Positions 53,174 to 62,621 of a stretch of DNA of 64,000 bases are shown one piece after another. Source of the stretch: an uncultured Acidobacteriota bacterium. Lineage in GTDB: Bacteria > Acidobacteriota > Vicinamibacteria > Fen-336. The number at the start of each line of letters is the position of its first letter. The stretch's first letter is position 1. The position numbers were made by a program, and so were the translations under genes. The stretch lies in assembly GCA_963720545.1 (NCBI GenBank), contig OY970399.1, positions 448,001 through 512,000 of the forward strand. The letters run 5' to 3'. Under the pieces are notes generated by a model. It made no database searches, was not told the DNA's origin, and saw only the letters and a list, made by a program, of their open reading frames with translations.

Positions 53174-53669
53174 GGGTCGTAACGCATCCTGCGCTTGCGG
53201 CGAGATAGGCGTGCGCTGCCAGTACGACGATTTGTCGCTGTCAGTGTCCGAGGACGTCGTAGAGCGCCACGCCGCGCTGGCCAGTCAGATCGCAGCTGTG
53301 AAAGCCGAGCGTGACGCGATCAGGGCGGAGGTCGGGCAGTTGCAAGCTGAACGTGAGTCTGTTGCGGCGCGACTGCGCGCAGTCGGCAATGCAGTTCCGC
53401 AATGGATCGCGTCTCCGATAGCCGCACCGGCGAGGGTTGACGTGAAATGGGAAGGAACAAAGAGCGTGACGAGCTATAGGTCGGTAGCGTTGGTGACGGA
53501 AGACGCGATCTATGCCGCGATGGAACGCGAAGCGAAGGCGGTGTATCCCAACATGAAACCCGCTGCAGCAATGACGGAGTTCATGAAAACGAAGCGGGGC
53601 AAAGAGCTGTACGACGCCTATAGCGCCGTGGATATTCCAGGCTTCGTCGCGCCGTCGAGCGCGGCGTGA
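53172..53669 (+). CDS. Hypothetical coiled-coil protein, possibly phage-derived; start uncertain
   Basis: Heptad segment LASQIAAVKAERDAIRAEVGQLQAER; helical C-terminus; ORF begins at att junction. Confidence 0.5.
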   Translation: MGRNASCACGEIGVRCQYDDLSLSVSEDVVERHAALASQIAAVKAERDAIRAEVGQLQAERESVAARLRAVGNAVPQWIASPIAAPARVDVKWEGTKSVTSYRSVALVTEDAIYAAMEREAKAVYPNMKPAAAMTEFMKTKRGKELYDAYSAVDIPGFVAPSSAA

Positions 53670-53716
53670 CAGTCGCAAGGATGCTGGGGCACTTGAGAGA
53701 CACAAGCGCTCCGGCA

Positions 53717-53815
53717 GCCCTGACCCAGGGGCGCAACCGCTATCCCTCCTGGAGCAGCGGTTTCGCGGCGGCGAGCGCGGGTGCTCACACCGTGCGCGCC
53801 CCTGGGTTGTGGGGT
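53717..53815 (+). ncRNA. Candidate structured RNA with four-way junction
   Basis: 12-bp closing stem 53723-34/53796-807 enclosing three hairpins with no unpaired junction bases. Confidence 0.45.
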
Positions 53816-54011
53816 CGTGAGAGACGAAGCGTTTTTCCACCCTGCCGCGCTACATGAAGCCAGCGTTCCCGACGGCTGGTGAATCGTGATCCGGTGGACT
53901 CGTTTGGGCATCGGTTATCGTCCTTTTCCTTGACAATTGGACGACCCACTCTACATACTCGCGAACTGTTTCCGGCCCCGCTGTAGCTAGCCGAGCCCAT
54001 TGGAGCTGCCC

Positions 54012-56168
54012 ATGTATACGTATGAGAGGAGCAGGCCAGAGCCTTCGACGAACCGTTGGTTCCGCGGGTGCCTGCCGTCACCCGTTCTGGTGGCTGTCTG
54101 GCTCGCACTTCCCGCGCCCCTGCTCGCCGTCGACCTGACGGTCTTACGCACGAATCACGCGGCGACACTCCTTAACAGCGGCCTGGTCCTGATCACTGGC
54201 GGCGAGAATGAGGGCGGCACGCTCAGCTCGGCAGAGCTCTATGACCCCGTCGGCGGAGCTCTACTGGCCGCGCACCCGATGGTCGTCGCCCGGGCCCACC
54301 AGGCTTCCATCCTGCTGGCGAACGGCCAGGTGCTGATCACTGGTGGTGACCAGGGCAGCACGCTCCTCAAGACCGCCGAGATTTACGACCCGATCACAGG
54401 CGATTTTGCCAGCGTTGGCTCGATGAGGGTGCCGCGATCTCAGCACACCGCAACGCTGTTGCCGGACGGCCGCGTGCTGATCGTGGGGGGCAAGAAAGCA
54501 GATCTCTATGATCCGCAGACACAGAAGTTCACGGCCACCGCCGGCGCGCCGCGAGCGAACCGCAAGAATCACACGGCCACTCTGCTGCCGGACGGCACGG
54601 TGCTGATCAGCGGGGGCTACCTGGGCAACAAGGCCGTCGGCTCGGTCGAGCTGTTCGATCCGGTCACCCAGAGCTTCGTGTTGCTGGCGTCTCAGATGCT
54701 CGTGCCCCGCGCCAATCACGCTGCCACACTATTGCCGAACGGCAGGGTCCTGATCAGCGGAGGCTTTTCCGGGACCAGCCCGCATGACGAGGTCGAGCTG
54801 TATGATCCGGCGTCCAAGACCTTCACGGCCGCCGCCAAGATGATCTTCCACCGCTCGGGGCACCGGCAACTGCTGCTCCCCGACGGACGCGTGCTGGTGA
54901 TCGCTGGCGCGACGCTCGAGAGCGGCTTTCTGGACACGGACGAGGTCTACGATTCCGGCAGCGGAGCGTGGGCTCTTCACAGCACGCTGAGCGAGAACAG
55001 GAGCGGCCATACCGCTACGCTGCTGGCCGACACGACCGTCTTGGTCGCGGGCGGCATAACGGGAGCGCGAACGCTGGGAACTGCCGAGATGCTGGATCCC
55101 TCCACGCCGGGCTCTGCAAGCCTGGGCTCGATGAGGAGCCCGCGCAATCAGCACACCGCGACGCTGTTGGCGGACGGCACGGTGCTGCTGGCGGCGGGCA
55201 GCATCGACACCGCCTTCCAGAAGACCGCCGAAGTCTTCGATCCCGCTACCCAGAGCTTCGCCGACGTTGGGTCATTGTCCGCGGCGAGAAAGAGCCATAC
55301 CGCCAGCCTGCTCGGCGACGGCCGAGTGCTGATCGCGGGTGGCAAGACCTTGACGACCGACCTGAAGTCCGCCGAGCTCTACGATCCTTCGACCAAGACG
55401 TTCGCGACGACGAGCTCGATGCTCGAGAAGCGATCGCTTCACACCGCCACCCTGCTGGATGACGGTCGGGTGCTCCTGGTTGCCGGCCGTCAGGCTGCCA
55501 ACGAGTCCTACACATCCGAGCTGTTCGACCCTGTCGCCAACTCCTTTTCGTATGCCGCTGGACTGCTACACACCAAGCGCAAGCGGCATCGCGCCACGCT
55601 GCTCCCGGGTGGCAGCGTACTCGTCACCGGAGGCGACATCCTCAAGAACGAGGAGACGGTCGGTGCCCGCCGCACGAAGACCGCTGAGCTGTTCGATCCC
55701 GCAAGCGGGCTCTTCAGCAGCGTGCAGGACATGCACAGGGACCGGGCCAGTCACGAAAGCACGCTGCTGCTGGACGGAAGCGTGCTCATCAGCGGTGGCA
55801 ACTCGTCGATCCCGGGCGTCGAGGAGATCTACTCTCCTGCCACTCAGTCGTTCTCGGACGTCGGCCAACTGGGTCAGCAGCGCGCTCGCCACGTGGCCCT
55901 TGTCCTGAATCCCGCCTGGGGGTCTCTCGCGGGCCACGTCCTGATCATCGGAGGCGCCGACCAAGGCGGACTATTCGGCGGGCTGTTCCGGGCGTTCGAC
56001 TCGGTGGAGATCTATGATCCAGAAACCGGCCAGTTCAGCCTGTTTGGCACGATGACCGAGCCACGCTGGGGTCACACTTGCACGCAACTTCCCGACGGGA
56101 GGATCCTCATCGCCGGCGGCGTCGGCCGCCCCTTCGTCAGCGGCACCGCGGAGCTGGTCACTCCCTAA
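54012..56168 (+). CDS. Secreted Kelch/galactose-oxidase-like repeat protein (14 repeats)
   Basis: Hydrophobic leader then repeats R..HTATLL.DG.VLI.GG...AELYDP. Confidence 0.9.
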   Translation: MYTYERSRPEPSTNRWFRGCLPSPVLVAVWLALPAPLLAVDLTVLRTNHAATLLNSGLVLITGGENEGGTLSSAELYDPVGGALLAAHPMVVARAHQASILLANGQVLITGGDQGSTLLKTAEIYDPITGDFASVGSMRVPRSQHTATLLPDGRVLIVGGKKADLYDPQTQKFTATAGAPRANRKNHTATLLPDGTVLISGGYLGNKAVGSVELFDPVTQSFVLLASQMLVPRANHAATLLPNGRVLISGGFSGTSPHDEVELYDPASKTFTAAAKMIFHRSGHRQLLLPDGRVLVIAGATLESGFLDTDEVYDSGSGAWALHSTLSENRSGHTATLLADTTVLVAGGITGARTLGTAEMLDPSTPGSASLGSMRSPRNQHTATLLADGTVLLAAGSIDTAFQKTAEVFDPATQSFADVGSLSAARKSHTASLLGDGRVLIAGGKTLTTDLKSAELYDPSTKTFATTSSMLEKRSLHTATLLDDGRVLLVAGRQAANESYTSELFDPVANSFSYAAGLLHTKRKRHRATLLPGGSVLVTGGDILKNEETVGARRTKTAELFDPASGLFSSVQDMHRDRASHESTLLLDGSVLISGGNSSIPGVEEIYSPATQSFSDVGQLGQQRARHVALVLNPAWGSLAGHVLIIGGADQGGLFGGLFRAFDSVEIYDPETGQFSLFGTMTEPRWGHTCTQLPDGRILIAGGVGRPFVSGTAELVTP

Positions 56169-56498
56169 GCTGAAACCGCCTCGCCCGCAGCAACTGAAGT
56201 CGGCGCGCACCATCCACCCGAGACGGCACGAGCGGAATCAAGCAACTTACAAAGCTGGTCACGAAGCTCGCCAAGGACAAAACGCCAACGTCAGTTACTG
56301 CACCCATCACGCAGAACATCACGACCACGCTGGACGTGTCGCATGTTGCTTCCGCAAGCGGCGTTCCTCGAGGAAGTGGACACCCGTTTGGCGCAGGGCA
56401 TGAAGCAAGGCGGTTCTGCGCTTGGCCGTGCGGTCGAAGCGACGATAGATAAGCGCGTCGGCCGCGGCAGGGCCAAGGCGTCCTGGGACGGTGAGACT

Positions 56499-56815
56499 CT
56501 ACCCGACGCGGTTGGTCCTAGCGGCGACGGTGATCACTCTTAACGATCCCGAACCCTCAGCTACGGTCGTACCGCTTGGCGTAGTTCGCTCGAGTTTCAC
56601 GGACGCGCTTGCTGTTGGTAGCCATCGCACCACCGCCACCACCCATATCTCTTCATGACGGTTGGGTACAGCAGTCACTTCGATGCGGTCAAAAACGCGA
56701 ATAAGTGATAGCCCGACCGGTGTCAGGTCGGCGCGTGCACACGCGATCAGCCAATCGCAAGTTGGTCCATCGTGGTGCGGCTCGGGAGTGTTCTTGGAGC
56801 GACGCTTTTTGACAC
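56499..56815 (-). pseudogene. Disrupted hypothetical gene (DUF6941-like by recollection)
   Basis: Open frame CDWLIACARAD..GLSLIRVFDRI..VP.RH..IWVVA; reaches GTG 56815 only if the A5 run is A6. Confidence 0.35.
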
Positions 56816-56883
56816 CTATGTGACACCCCTGAAGGTGGTCCCAGCGCGACTTGCGTCAAAATACGCCCATTTGCTGGCTGATT

Positions 56884-56959
56884 TGGTGGACCGCGGGGGG
56901 ATCGAACCCCCGACCTCGTGATTGCGAACCACGCGCTCTCCCAGCTGAGCTAGCGGCCC
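56884..56959 (-). tRNA. tRNA-Ala(CGC)
   Basis: GGGCCGC..AGCTCAGCTGGGAGAGC..CGTGG-TTCGCAA-TCACG..GGTTCGATCC..GCGGTCC-ACCA; G3.U70 pair. Confidence 0.96.
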
Positions 56960-57088
56960 AAAGGCGACTTGAAGCGGCAGTTTAGCAGCCGGCTGATGGC
57001 AGCGGCAAACAACGGGCACCGGCTACTGCGTCCGGACGCAGCATACGGCGGTACACTCCATCGTTCGCATCGGTCGAACGGGGCCCTG

Positions 57089-58429
57089 ATGCCCGTGGAA
57101 GAGCAGCATCGCCGAAGCGTGAGCTCACGAGTGGTCCTCGGCTGGAGCCTGGCCCTCGCCCTCCTCATCGTCGCTGCGGCCTTCTCTCCTCGGGTCGTGC
57201 CGTTCGACATGGACGAATTTGTCGCCTATCAGCCCCTCGGATGCCTGACGCACCCCCTGACTCGCGAGGCGAACAGGTTCCGTGAGGCTTGCGGCGAGTA
57301 CGACCTCACGCCGCCACTCGTCGGCCATTCGTTGCCCCTCCGCTCGTATCTGTACATTGGCAGCCTGCCAGCCGTCACGTTTGCTCCGCTGTGGTGGCTG
57401 ATTCGCTCACCCGTCGCCGCTCGTATCCAGGGTGCCTTGCTCCTGGCGGTGGCCGCCGTTCTCATCGCCAGGCTGACGCGCTCCAGGCTGCGCAACGCGG
57501 TGATTGCGTGCCTCTTCTTTCCCCTGCTCGGCATTGCATTCGTCGCCGACACCGGGCCTGTGGGCCTTTCGGTCGTAGCGCTCCTGGCTACGCTCCTGGG
57601 GCTTCGCGCCGCGCTCAACGCCCGGGCACAGCGACAAGCCCTGGCGCTCGCCCTACTCGCAGGAATCGTGGCCTTCTGCGGATTGTGGGTGAAGCTGGTC
57701 TTCGTGTGGTGGATTCCCGCGATCCTCCTCTTCGCGTACTGGCAATCACGAGGGATCGAGAGGAATCGGGCGCTGCGTGTGCTCGCGGTCCTCGGGCTTG
57801 CGGCGGCGCTGCCCTCCTTCTTTCTCATGGTCTCGCGCGACCGGGACGGCTTGCGTTACGCGAATGTAATGCTGAGACGCAGCGTCGGCGAGGAAAAGGT
57901 GCGGCGAACGGTTCGGGCCATGATCGTTGACTTCGTGGATTCGTCGCGGGCAGTGATTCGCGAAGAGGGTATCCAGCACAAGCCGATCGATGGTTTACCG
58001 GCGGTTGCAGGAATCGCTTTCATCATGGCCGGAGCCTTCCGCAGTACCGCCAGAGGTGTTTGGACGCGGCGATGGGCCGTCCTCGCGACGTTAACCATCG
58101 CCCTCATGATCCCGTCACGACCTGTATGGCCGCACCACTTTGCATACGCCCTATTGCTCTTCGTCCTCGCCTTGACGAGCGCTTTCGAAGCCCGCCCAGG
58201 CGCAGCGTGGGTAAGCGTACTCGCCGGCAGCCTCGTGGCGGTCGTGTGCGAAGAGGCAAGGGCCCTTCCCCAGGCGCGACGCTTCGCCGAGGCGCTCGAT
58301 CGGGGCGTGCTCATCATCCGCGCCGGAGAAGAAGACTGGACGGAACACTCCATCGTCATGCGTTCACTGGGTTCGCCGCTGCAAAGGTGGCGGTTCGGGA
58401 ATTGGTCGGCCGTGCGGTACGTCCGATAA
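57089..58429 (+). CDS. Polytopic membrane protein, GT-C-like
   Basis: FDMDEF acidic loop after TM1, many TMs, WPHH; start uncertain. Confidence 0.6.
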   Translation: MPVEEQHRRSVSSRVVLGWSLALALLIVAAAFSPRVVPFDMDEFVAYQPLGCLTHPLTREANRFREACGEYDLTPPLVGHSLPLRSYLYIGSLPAVTFAPLWWLIRSPVAARIQGALLLAVAAVLIARLTRSRLRNAVIACLFFPLLGIAFVADTGPVGLSVVALLATLLGLRAALNARAQRQALALALLAGIVAFCGLWVKLVFVWWIPAILLFAYWQSRGIERNRALRVLAVLGLAAALPSFFLMVSRDRDGLRYANVMLRRSVGEEKVRRTVRAMIVDFVDSSRAVIREEGIQHKPIDGLPAVAGIAFIMAGAFRSTARGVWTRRWAVLATLTIALMIPSRPVWPHHFAYALLLFVLALTSAFEARPGAAWVSVLAGSLVAVVCEEARALPQARRFAEALDRGVLIIRAGEEDWTEHSIVMRSLGSPLQRWRFGNWSAVRYVR

Positions 58430-58475
58430 GCCGCGGGTTCAGGAAACGCCGCTCGACCGAGACGATTAGGTTGGA

Positions 58476-59426
58476 TCAGTTGTGAGGAAGCAGGTACGTA
58501 ATTCCAATGTTCGCGACTGCTCGTTCCTTCTGAAAGCCATTGAGACGACGCGCCAGCGGCACTTGTATAGCGGCGCGGAGCACCAGGCCGTGTGAAAGGT
58601 TCACGAGGAGCCGTGGCGTGACGTAAAGCAGCGATCCTCCGGTGCTGTCATCAAGGCTCTCCGCATCGACGTGGTCCTTCTGCGCGTGTCTATAGTTCAG
58701 CTCAAGAACGCCATCCACAGAGCTGCCAAGCTTGTGTTCGTACGCGACGTTCGCAAGAAACGTACTGCCATAACGGTAGCCAGACTCGTTTTCCCCGGTG
58801 TGGCGATAGCCTGTCGATGCGAAGACCGCCGAATCCTTGTTGACGAGATAAAGCAGCGCAATGCTGCCAAACACGTCGGTGGAGCCCGTACCCGACTGTG
58901 CGTGTTCGTCGATACGTTCGCCATCCTCCTGCAGGTTGTTTCGACCCCACGGCGTCTTCACGCCCGCGTTCAGTGACAGGGACGCTCGCCGACCAACGCT
59001 TCCCGTCAGCTGTGAAGCCCACAACCTCACCTGTGCATAGATCTCCGGGTCCGAAAACGCCCTGGTCTTGACGATTTCAGGCCCTTCTCCCGGGGAGCTA
59101 CTGGTCTGCTCACGAACGCTGTACGGGACTCGGGCGAAAACAGCAAACCTGTCGTTGAAGCCGTAGGCGATCAACGTGGTAAACCGGTTTTCAACCTGGG
59201 ATTCGGATTCGTCGGCGGGATCGCCTTCGTCCTTGTCGAACCGTTCCCAGTCGAATGCGACACGCCACCCCCGAGCGGCGTAGCCGTCCTTGCCGAGGGC
59301 GTTGAAGGTGGCATCGCCACAGCGACAAATCGAGCACGCAAAGCCCGCGTTGGGAACGAACAGCAGAAACGCCCAGGTCAAGGCAAGAACTGTCAGGCAG
59401 CGAATGCGGCGCTCAGCACGAGACAT
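58476..59426 (-). CDS. Putative outer-membrane beta-barrel transporter with N-terminal CxxCxC
   Basis: Signal peptide then ACSICRCG; GVKTPWG, QSGTGSTD, alternating strands, C-terminal IGITY. Confidence 0.72.
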   Translation of the reverse strand: MSRAERRIRCLTVLALTWAFLLFVPNAGFACSICRCGDATFNALGKDGYAARGWRVAFDWERFDKDEGDPADESESQVENRFTTLIAYGFNDRFAVFARVPYSVREQTSSSPGEGPEIVKTRAFSDPEIYAQVRLWASQLTGSVGRRASLSLNAGVKTPWGRNNLQEDGERIDEHAQSGTGSTDVFGSIALLYLVNKDSAVFASTGYRHTGENESGYRYGSTFLANVAYEHKLGSSVDGVLELNYRHAQKDHVDAESLDDSTGGSLLYVTPRLLVNLSHGLVLRAAIQVPLARRLNGFQKERAVANIGITYLLPHN

Positions 59427-59582
59427 CGAGCACTCCTCAAGCGCACGCGAGACGGGCCGGATAGGGGCCCAAAGGCGCGAGCGCTATCGCACACGCGTAC
59501 GCACGGTGCGACATTTCAACGGTTGGCTGGCCGAAGTGGCCACGGCGCGTTGATCACGCCCTGGCCGGGACAAGGGACCGTT

Positions 59583-59963
59583 CTAGAGGAGTGCTCTTGG
59601 CGGCTGCGGATCGAGACGCGTATGTCCAGGCTTGACGGCGAGCGAGACCGGCGCTTTCGCCAGGCTCATTTCAAGCAATACGGGTAGGCCGGTTTTCAAC
59701 GGAATGATGTAGTTCGTCGTCGAGGCAAGGCGAGTGACATCGCGATCGTGCCTGCAGTCGCTCTGCATGCCGCACGAACCAGAATCCGTTGATGGCTTGT
59801 GGCAGGCCCTGGCGGCCGGTGCGGTTGACGCTTGACGCTGACATTGGCAGACGTGGCCCTTGCAACCAACCTGCGTCCGCGTCAGAGCGAGTGCAGTGCC
59901 GCTGAACGGGAGCAGAAGCCAAAGCAACAGTATCGATAGTCCGAGAGGCCGACGCTTCGACAT
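59583..59963 (-). CDS. Small exported Cys/His-rich protein with Pro-rich C-terminus (DUF2946-like)
   Basis: Signal peptide, CKGHVCQC, CH, CGMQSDCRH, ends DPQPPRALL. Confidence 0.6.
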   Translation of the reverse strand: MSKRRPLGLSILLLWLLLPFSGTALALTRTQVGCKGHVCQCQRQASTAPAARACHKPSTDSGSCGMQSDCRHDRDVTRLASTTNYIIPLKTGLPVLLEMSLAKAPVSLAVKPGHTRLDPQPPRALL

Positions 59964-60067
59964 GCCGCTTCCAGTCTACTCACACGCGGCGCGCAAACAG
60001 GAGGACATGTCGTCGTCAATTGGTTCGAGGAACTAAAACGCCTGGTCCCGGCCAAATAACTGCGGCG

Positions 60068-60883
60068 TTATAGAACCTTTCCTGCCAGGACGATTGGGCC
60101 GGTTGGGGCTGGGACGCCTGCCATCGGTTCTACGGATACGGCGAAGGTCTTGACCGACCTGGTTTCGGCGACGCGCCACATGTCGAAGATCGCGGTGCCG
60201 TCGTCTGCGACGGTGAAGGTGCCGGCGGGGACCGGTGCTGCGCTTGCGATCACCCACACCTGATAGCCCATGCCCGGGGCGGGCTTCGGCAGGCCGGCGA
60301 CGGTCACCATCGCTTCGTTGGTGTCCGGGTTCCAGAAGACGCGGGCGCGCGCCACTTCAGCATCCTTCTGGCCGGCGAGCGTTACGACGCGGGCGTCCGG
60401 GTTGGCGAGCAGCGCTTGCAGTTTGGCATCGTGCAACTGGATAGCGCGCAGGCGCCCTTCCGTTTGGGCGAGCTGTGCGGCGAGCCCGTCCGCGCGCGCG
60501 AGTTGGGCGGCGGCGCGGGCGCGCTCGGCTCCGGCGCGTTCGTTGGAGCGCCACAACTGGTAGCCCAGGAGGAGCGCGGCGGCGACCGGCAGCAGCACAA
60601 GCACGCCGCGACTCCGCGGACGGTCGGCGGTGAGCTGCACCACTTCGGGGTCCATGGCTTGTTTCGGGTCGATGGCTCGCAGCAACGCGGCGCGGGCGCG
60701 AGCGTTCGGCTGCGGCTCGGGAAGCTCCAGCGGCAGCCGGTCGCGCACCGCTTCGAATGCGCGCACCTCGGCGCGGCAGTCGGCGCAGCCGGCGGCGTGC
60801 TGCTGGAATTCGAGGCGCTCGTCGACGTCGAGCGTGCCGAGCACGAAGAGCGCCGCCTGTTCGGTGTAGCGGTCAGCGCTCAT
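60068..60883 (-). CDS. Anti-sigma-K factor RskA-family protein
   Basis: HAAGCADC, TM, coiled coil, YQVWVI..PVPAG, FAVSVEP..G.PAPTG. Confidence 0.9.
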   Translation of the reverse strand: MSADRYTEQAALFVLGTLDVDERLEFQQHAAGCADCRAEVRAFEAVRDRLPLELPEPQPNARARAALLRAIDPKQAMDPEVVQLTADRPRSRGVLVLLPVAAALLLGYQLWRSNERAGAERARAAAQLARADGLAAQLAQTEGRLRAIQLHDAKLQALLANPDARVVTLAGQKDAEVARARVFWNPDTNEAMVTVAGLPKPAPGMGYQVWVIASAAPVPAGTFTVADDGTAIFDMWRVAETRSVKTFAVSVEPMAGVPAPTGPIVLAGKVL

Positions 60884-61401
60884 AGGGGTCCCAATGTATC
60901 GCGGAGGCGGCCCATCGCCGCGCGAATCCTGGTCTTCACCGTGCCGAGGGGCTGGCCGAGCCTGGTGGCGATCTCCGACTGCGTCAGCCCTTCGTAATAG
61001 GCGAGCTGCAGCGCGGTGCGCTGCTCCTCGCTCAAACCCTCGAGGGCGCGGCGGACGGCAATTCCCTCTTCCGTGCGCGGCGCCGCCGAGGGGTTGGGCA
61101 GCGACTCTGCCGGGTCTTCGCGGCGCGCCACCTGGCGGCGCAGGCGGTCGAGCGCCCGCGAGCGGGCGATCACGCAGAGCCAGCCGGTGACCGAGCCGCG
61201 CTGCGGATCGAAACGGGCTGCCTGGTGCCAGACCTGGAGAAACACTTCCTGCACCACCTCCTCGGCCTCGGTGCTATTGCGGAGGATGCGGAGCGCCAGC
61301 GAGCTCACCACCCCCGAGAAGCGGTCGTAGAACGCCCCCAGCGCGGCAGGATTGCCGCCGCCGATCTCACGCACTAACGCTTCCGGGGTGTCTTCGGGCA
61401 C
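60880..61401 (-). CDS. ECF sigma factor (SigK-like)
   Basis: AEEVVQEVFLQVW..FDPQRGS..W..IARSRALD, LAYYEGLTQSEIA..PLGTVKTR. Confidence 0.92.
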   Translation of the reverse strand: MPEDTPEALVREIGGGNPAALGAFYDRFSGVVSSLALRILRNSTEAEEVVQEVFLQVWHQAARFDPQRGSVTGWLCVIARSRALDRLRRQVARREDPAESLPNPSAAPRTEEGIAVRRALEGLSEEQRTALQLAYYEGLTQSEIATRLGQPLGTVKTRIRAAMGRLRDTLGPL

Positions 61402-61450
61402 GTGTTGTTGCTTGCGAACCTCATACTAGACCAGGCTCAACGGCCGAGGT

Positions 61451-62608
61451 CTATGGCGCGGTGGTTTCCGCGATCAAGCGCGCATGGCGTGCGATCTCGG
61501 CGTCCTTGATGCCCACCGCGAGCGCCTTCTCGATCTCGACCCTGGCCTCGGCCGAGCGTCCGTTGCGGTGGAGCGCCCAGGCGAGTGCGTGTCGGGTGAA
61601 GACGTCCTGGCGAATGCGGGCTTCGCGCTCCGCGATGCGCAGGCCCTCGACCGGCTCCTGCTTGTGGTCGAGATAGTAAAAGACCAGCTCACGGTTGGCG
61701 TTGTCCGGTCCTTCCATCTCGGCCCGCGCACCCTTCTCGAAGGCGGCGAAGGCTGACTGTGCTTTCGCGCTTTCACCGGCTCGTTCCAAGGCCTCCGCCA
61801 GCAGGTAGAGGTTCTCCGGGTGCGGTGCCCCGGCGTAGTGGCGGCGTTCCAGGGCCAGGGCCTCCCCGAGCTGTCCCTGCGCGGTGCGCACCTTTGCCAT
61901 TTGGCCGAGGGCATAGTGATACTCGGGGAACGCGAGGAGCGCTTCTGAGAGCCTCGCCTCCGCTGTCTCGAGGTCGCCGCGCGACAGCTCGAGGTGACCC
62001 ATTTGCGTCAGGATCCAGGCGCGCTCTTCGGCTTCTCCGAGCGGCGTCTGGTCGAGCGCCATTCCCATCAGTTCCAGAGCGCCTTCCGGGTCGCCGAACA
62101 GTTCCCGCAAGTACGCGGTGCGCGCCAATGCAGGGACATTGGCGGGCCGCAGGTTGAGCATCCACTGCGCCGACTTCTCCGCGGCATCGTAGTCGCCCAG
62201 TTCCGCGAAGGCATCGACGAGCAGGCCGTACACCATCACGTCGTCCGGCACCTTCTTGTTCAGGGCACTCGCTGCATCGCGCGCGTCGGCGAAGCGATGC
62301 TGGCCGAGAAACAACCAGGCCTGTGCCTTACGAGCCTCGAGGTCGTCGGGGTCCTTCTCGAGCACGACTCTCACAGCCTCGTTGCCGCGCTCGTAAAAGG
62401 CTGGATCCGAAGTTTCGCGAGCCCGCCTTGCGTAAGCGAAGGCCAGGGCCACTCGTCCCTTGCTCGATGCCGGCGCCTTGTCGATCGCCGCCATGGCCTG
62501 CGCGATCGCCCGCTCTGCAGGGGTCCGGGCGTCGTCTTGCGCCGCGACCCCGGATGCGACCGCGAGCGACACGAGTACTGCTACTGCTGCTGCGTGCCTG
62601 CGAATCAT
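61451..62608 (-). CDS. Secreted tetratricopeptide-repeat protein
   Basis: Signal peptide, ARETSDP.FY, TPR-like helices. Confidence 0.8.
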   Translation of the reverse strand: MIRRHAAAVAVLVSLAVASGVAAQDDARTPAERAIAQAMAAIDKAPASSKGRVALAFAYARRARETSDPAFYERGNEAVRVVLEKDPDDLEARKAQAWLFLGQHRFADARDAASALNKKVPDDVMVYGLLVDAFAELGDYDAAEKSAQWMLNLRPANVPALARTAYLRELFGDPEGALELMGMALDQTPLGEAEERAWILTQMGHLELSRGDLETAEARLSEALLAFPEYHYALGQMAKVRTAQGQLGEALALERRHYAGAPHPENLYLLAEALERAGESAKAQSAFAAFEKGARAEMEGPDNANRELVFYYLDHKQEPVEGLRIAEREARIRQDVFTRHALAWALHRNGRSAEARVEIEKALAVGIKDAEIARHARLIAETTAP

Positions 62609-62621
62609 TGCCTGGCCTCCG

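Larger units (their letters stand above)
53134..56922. mobile_element. Small genomic island integrated at tRNA-Ala(CGC), no integrase visible
   Basis: Bounded by the 40-bp repeat; visibly less GC-biased; gene fragments. Confidence 0.8.
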
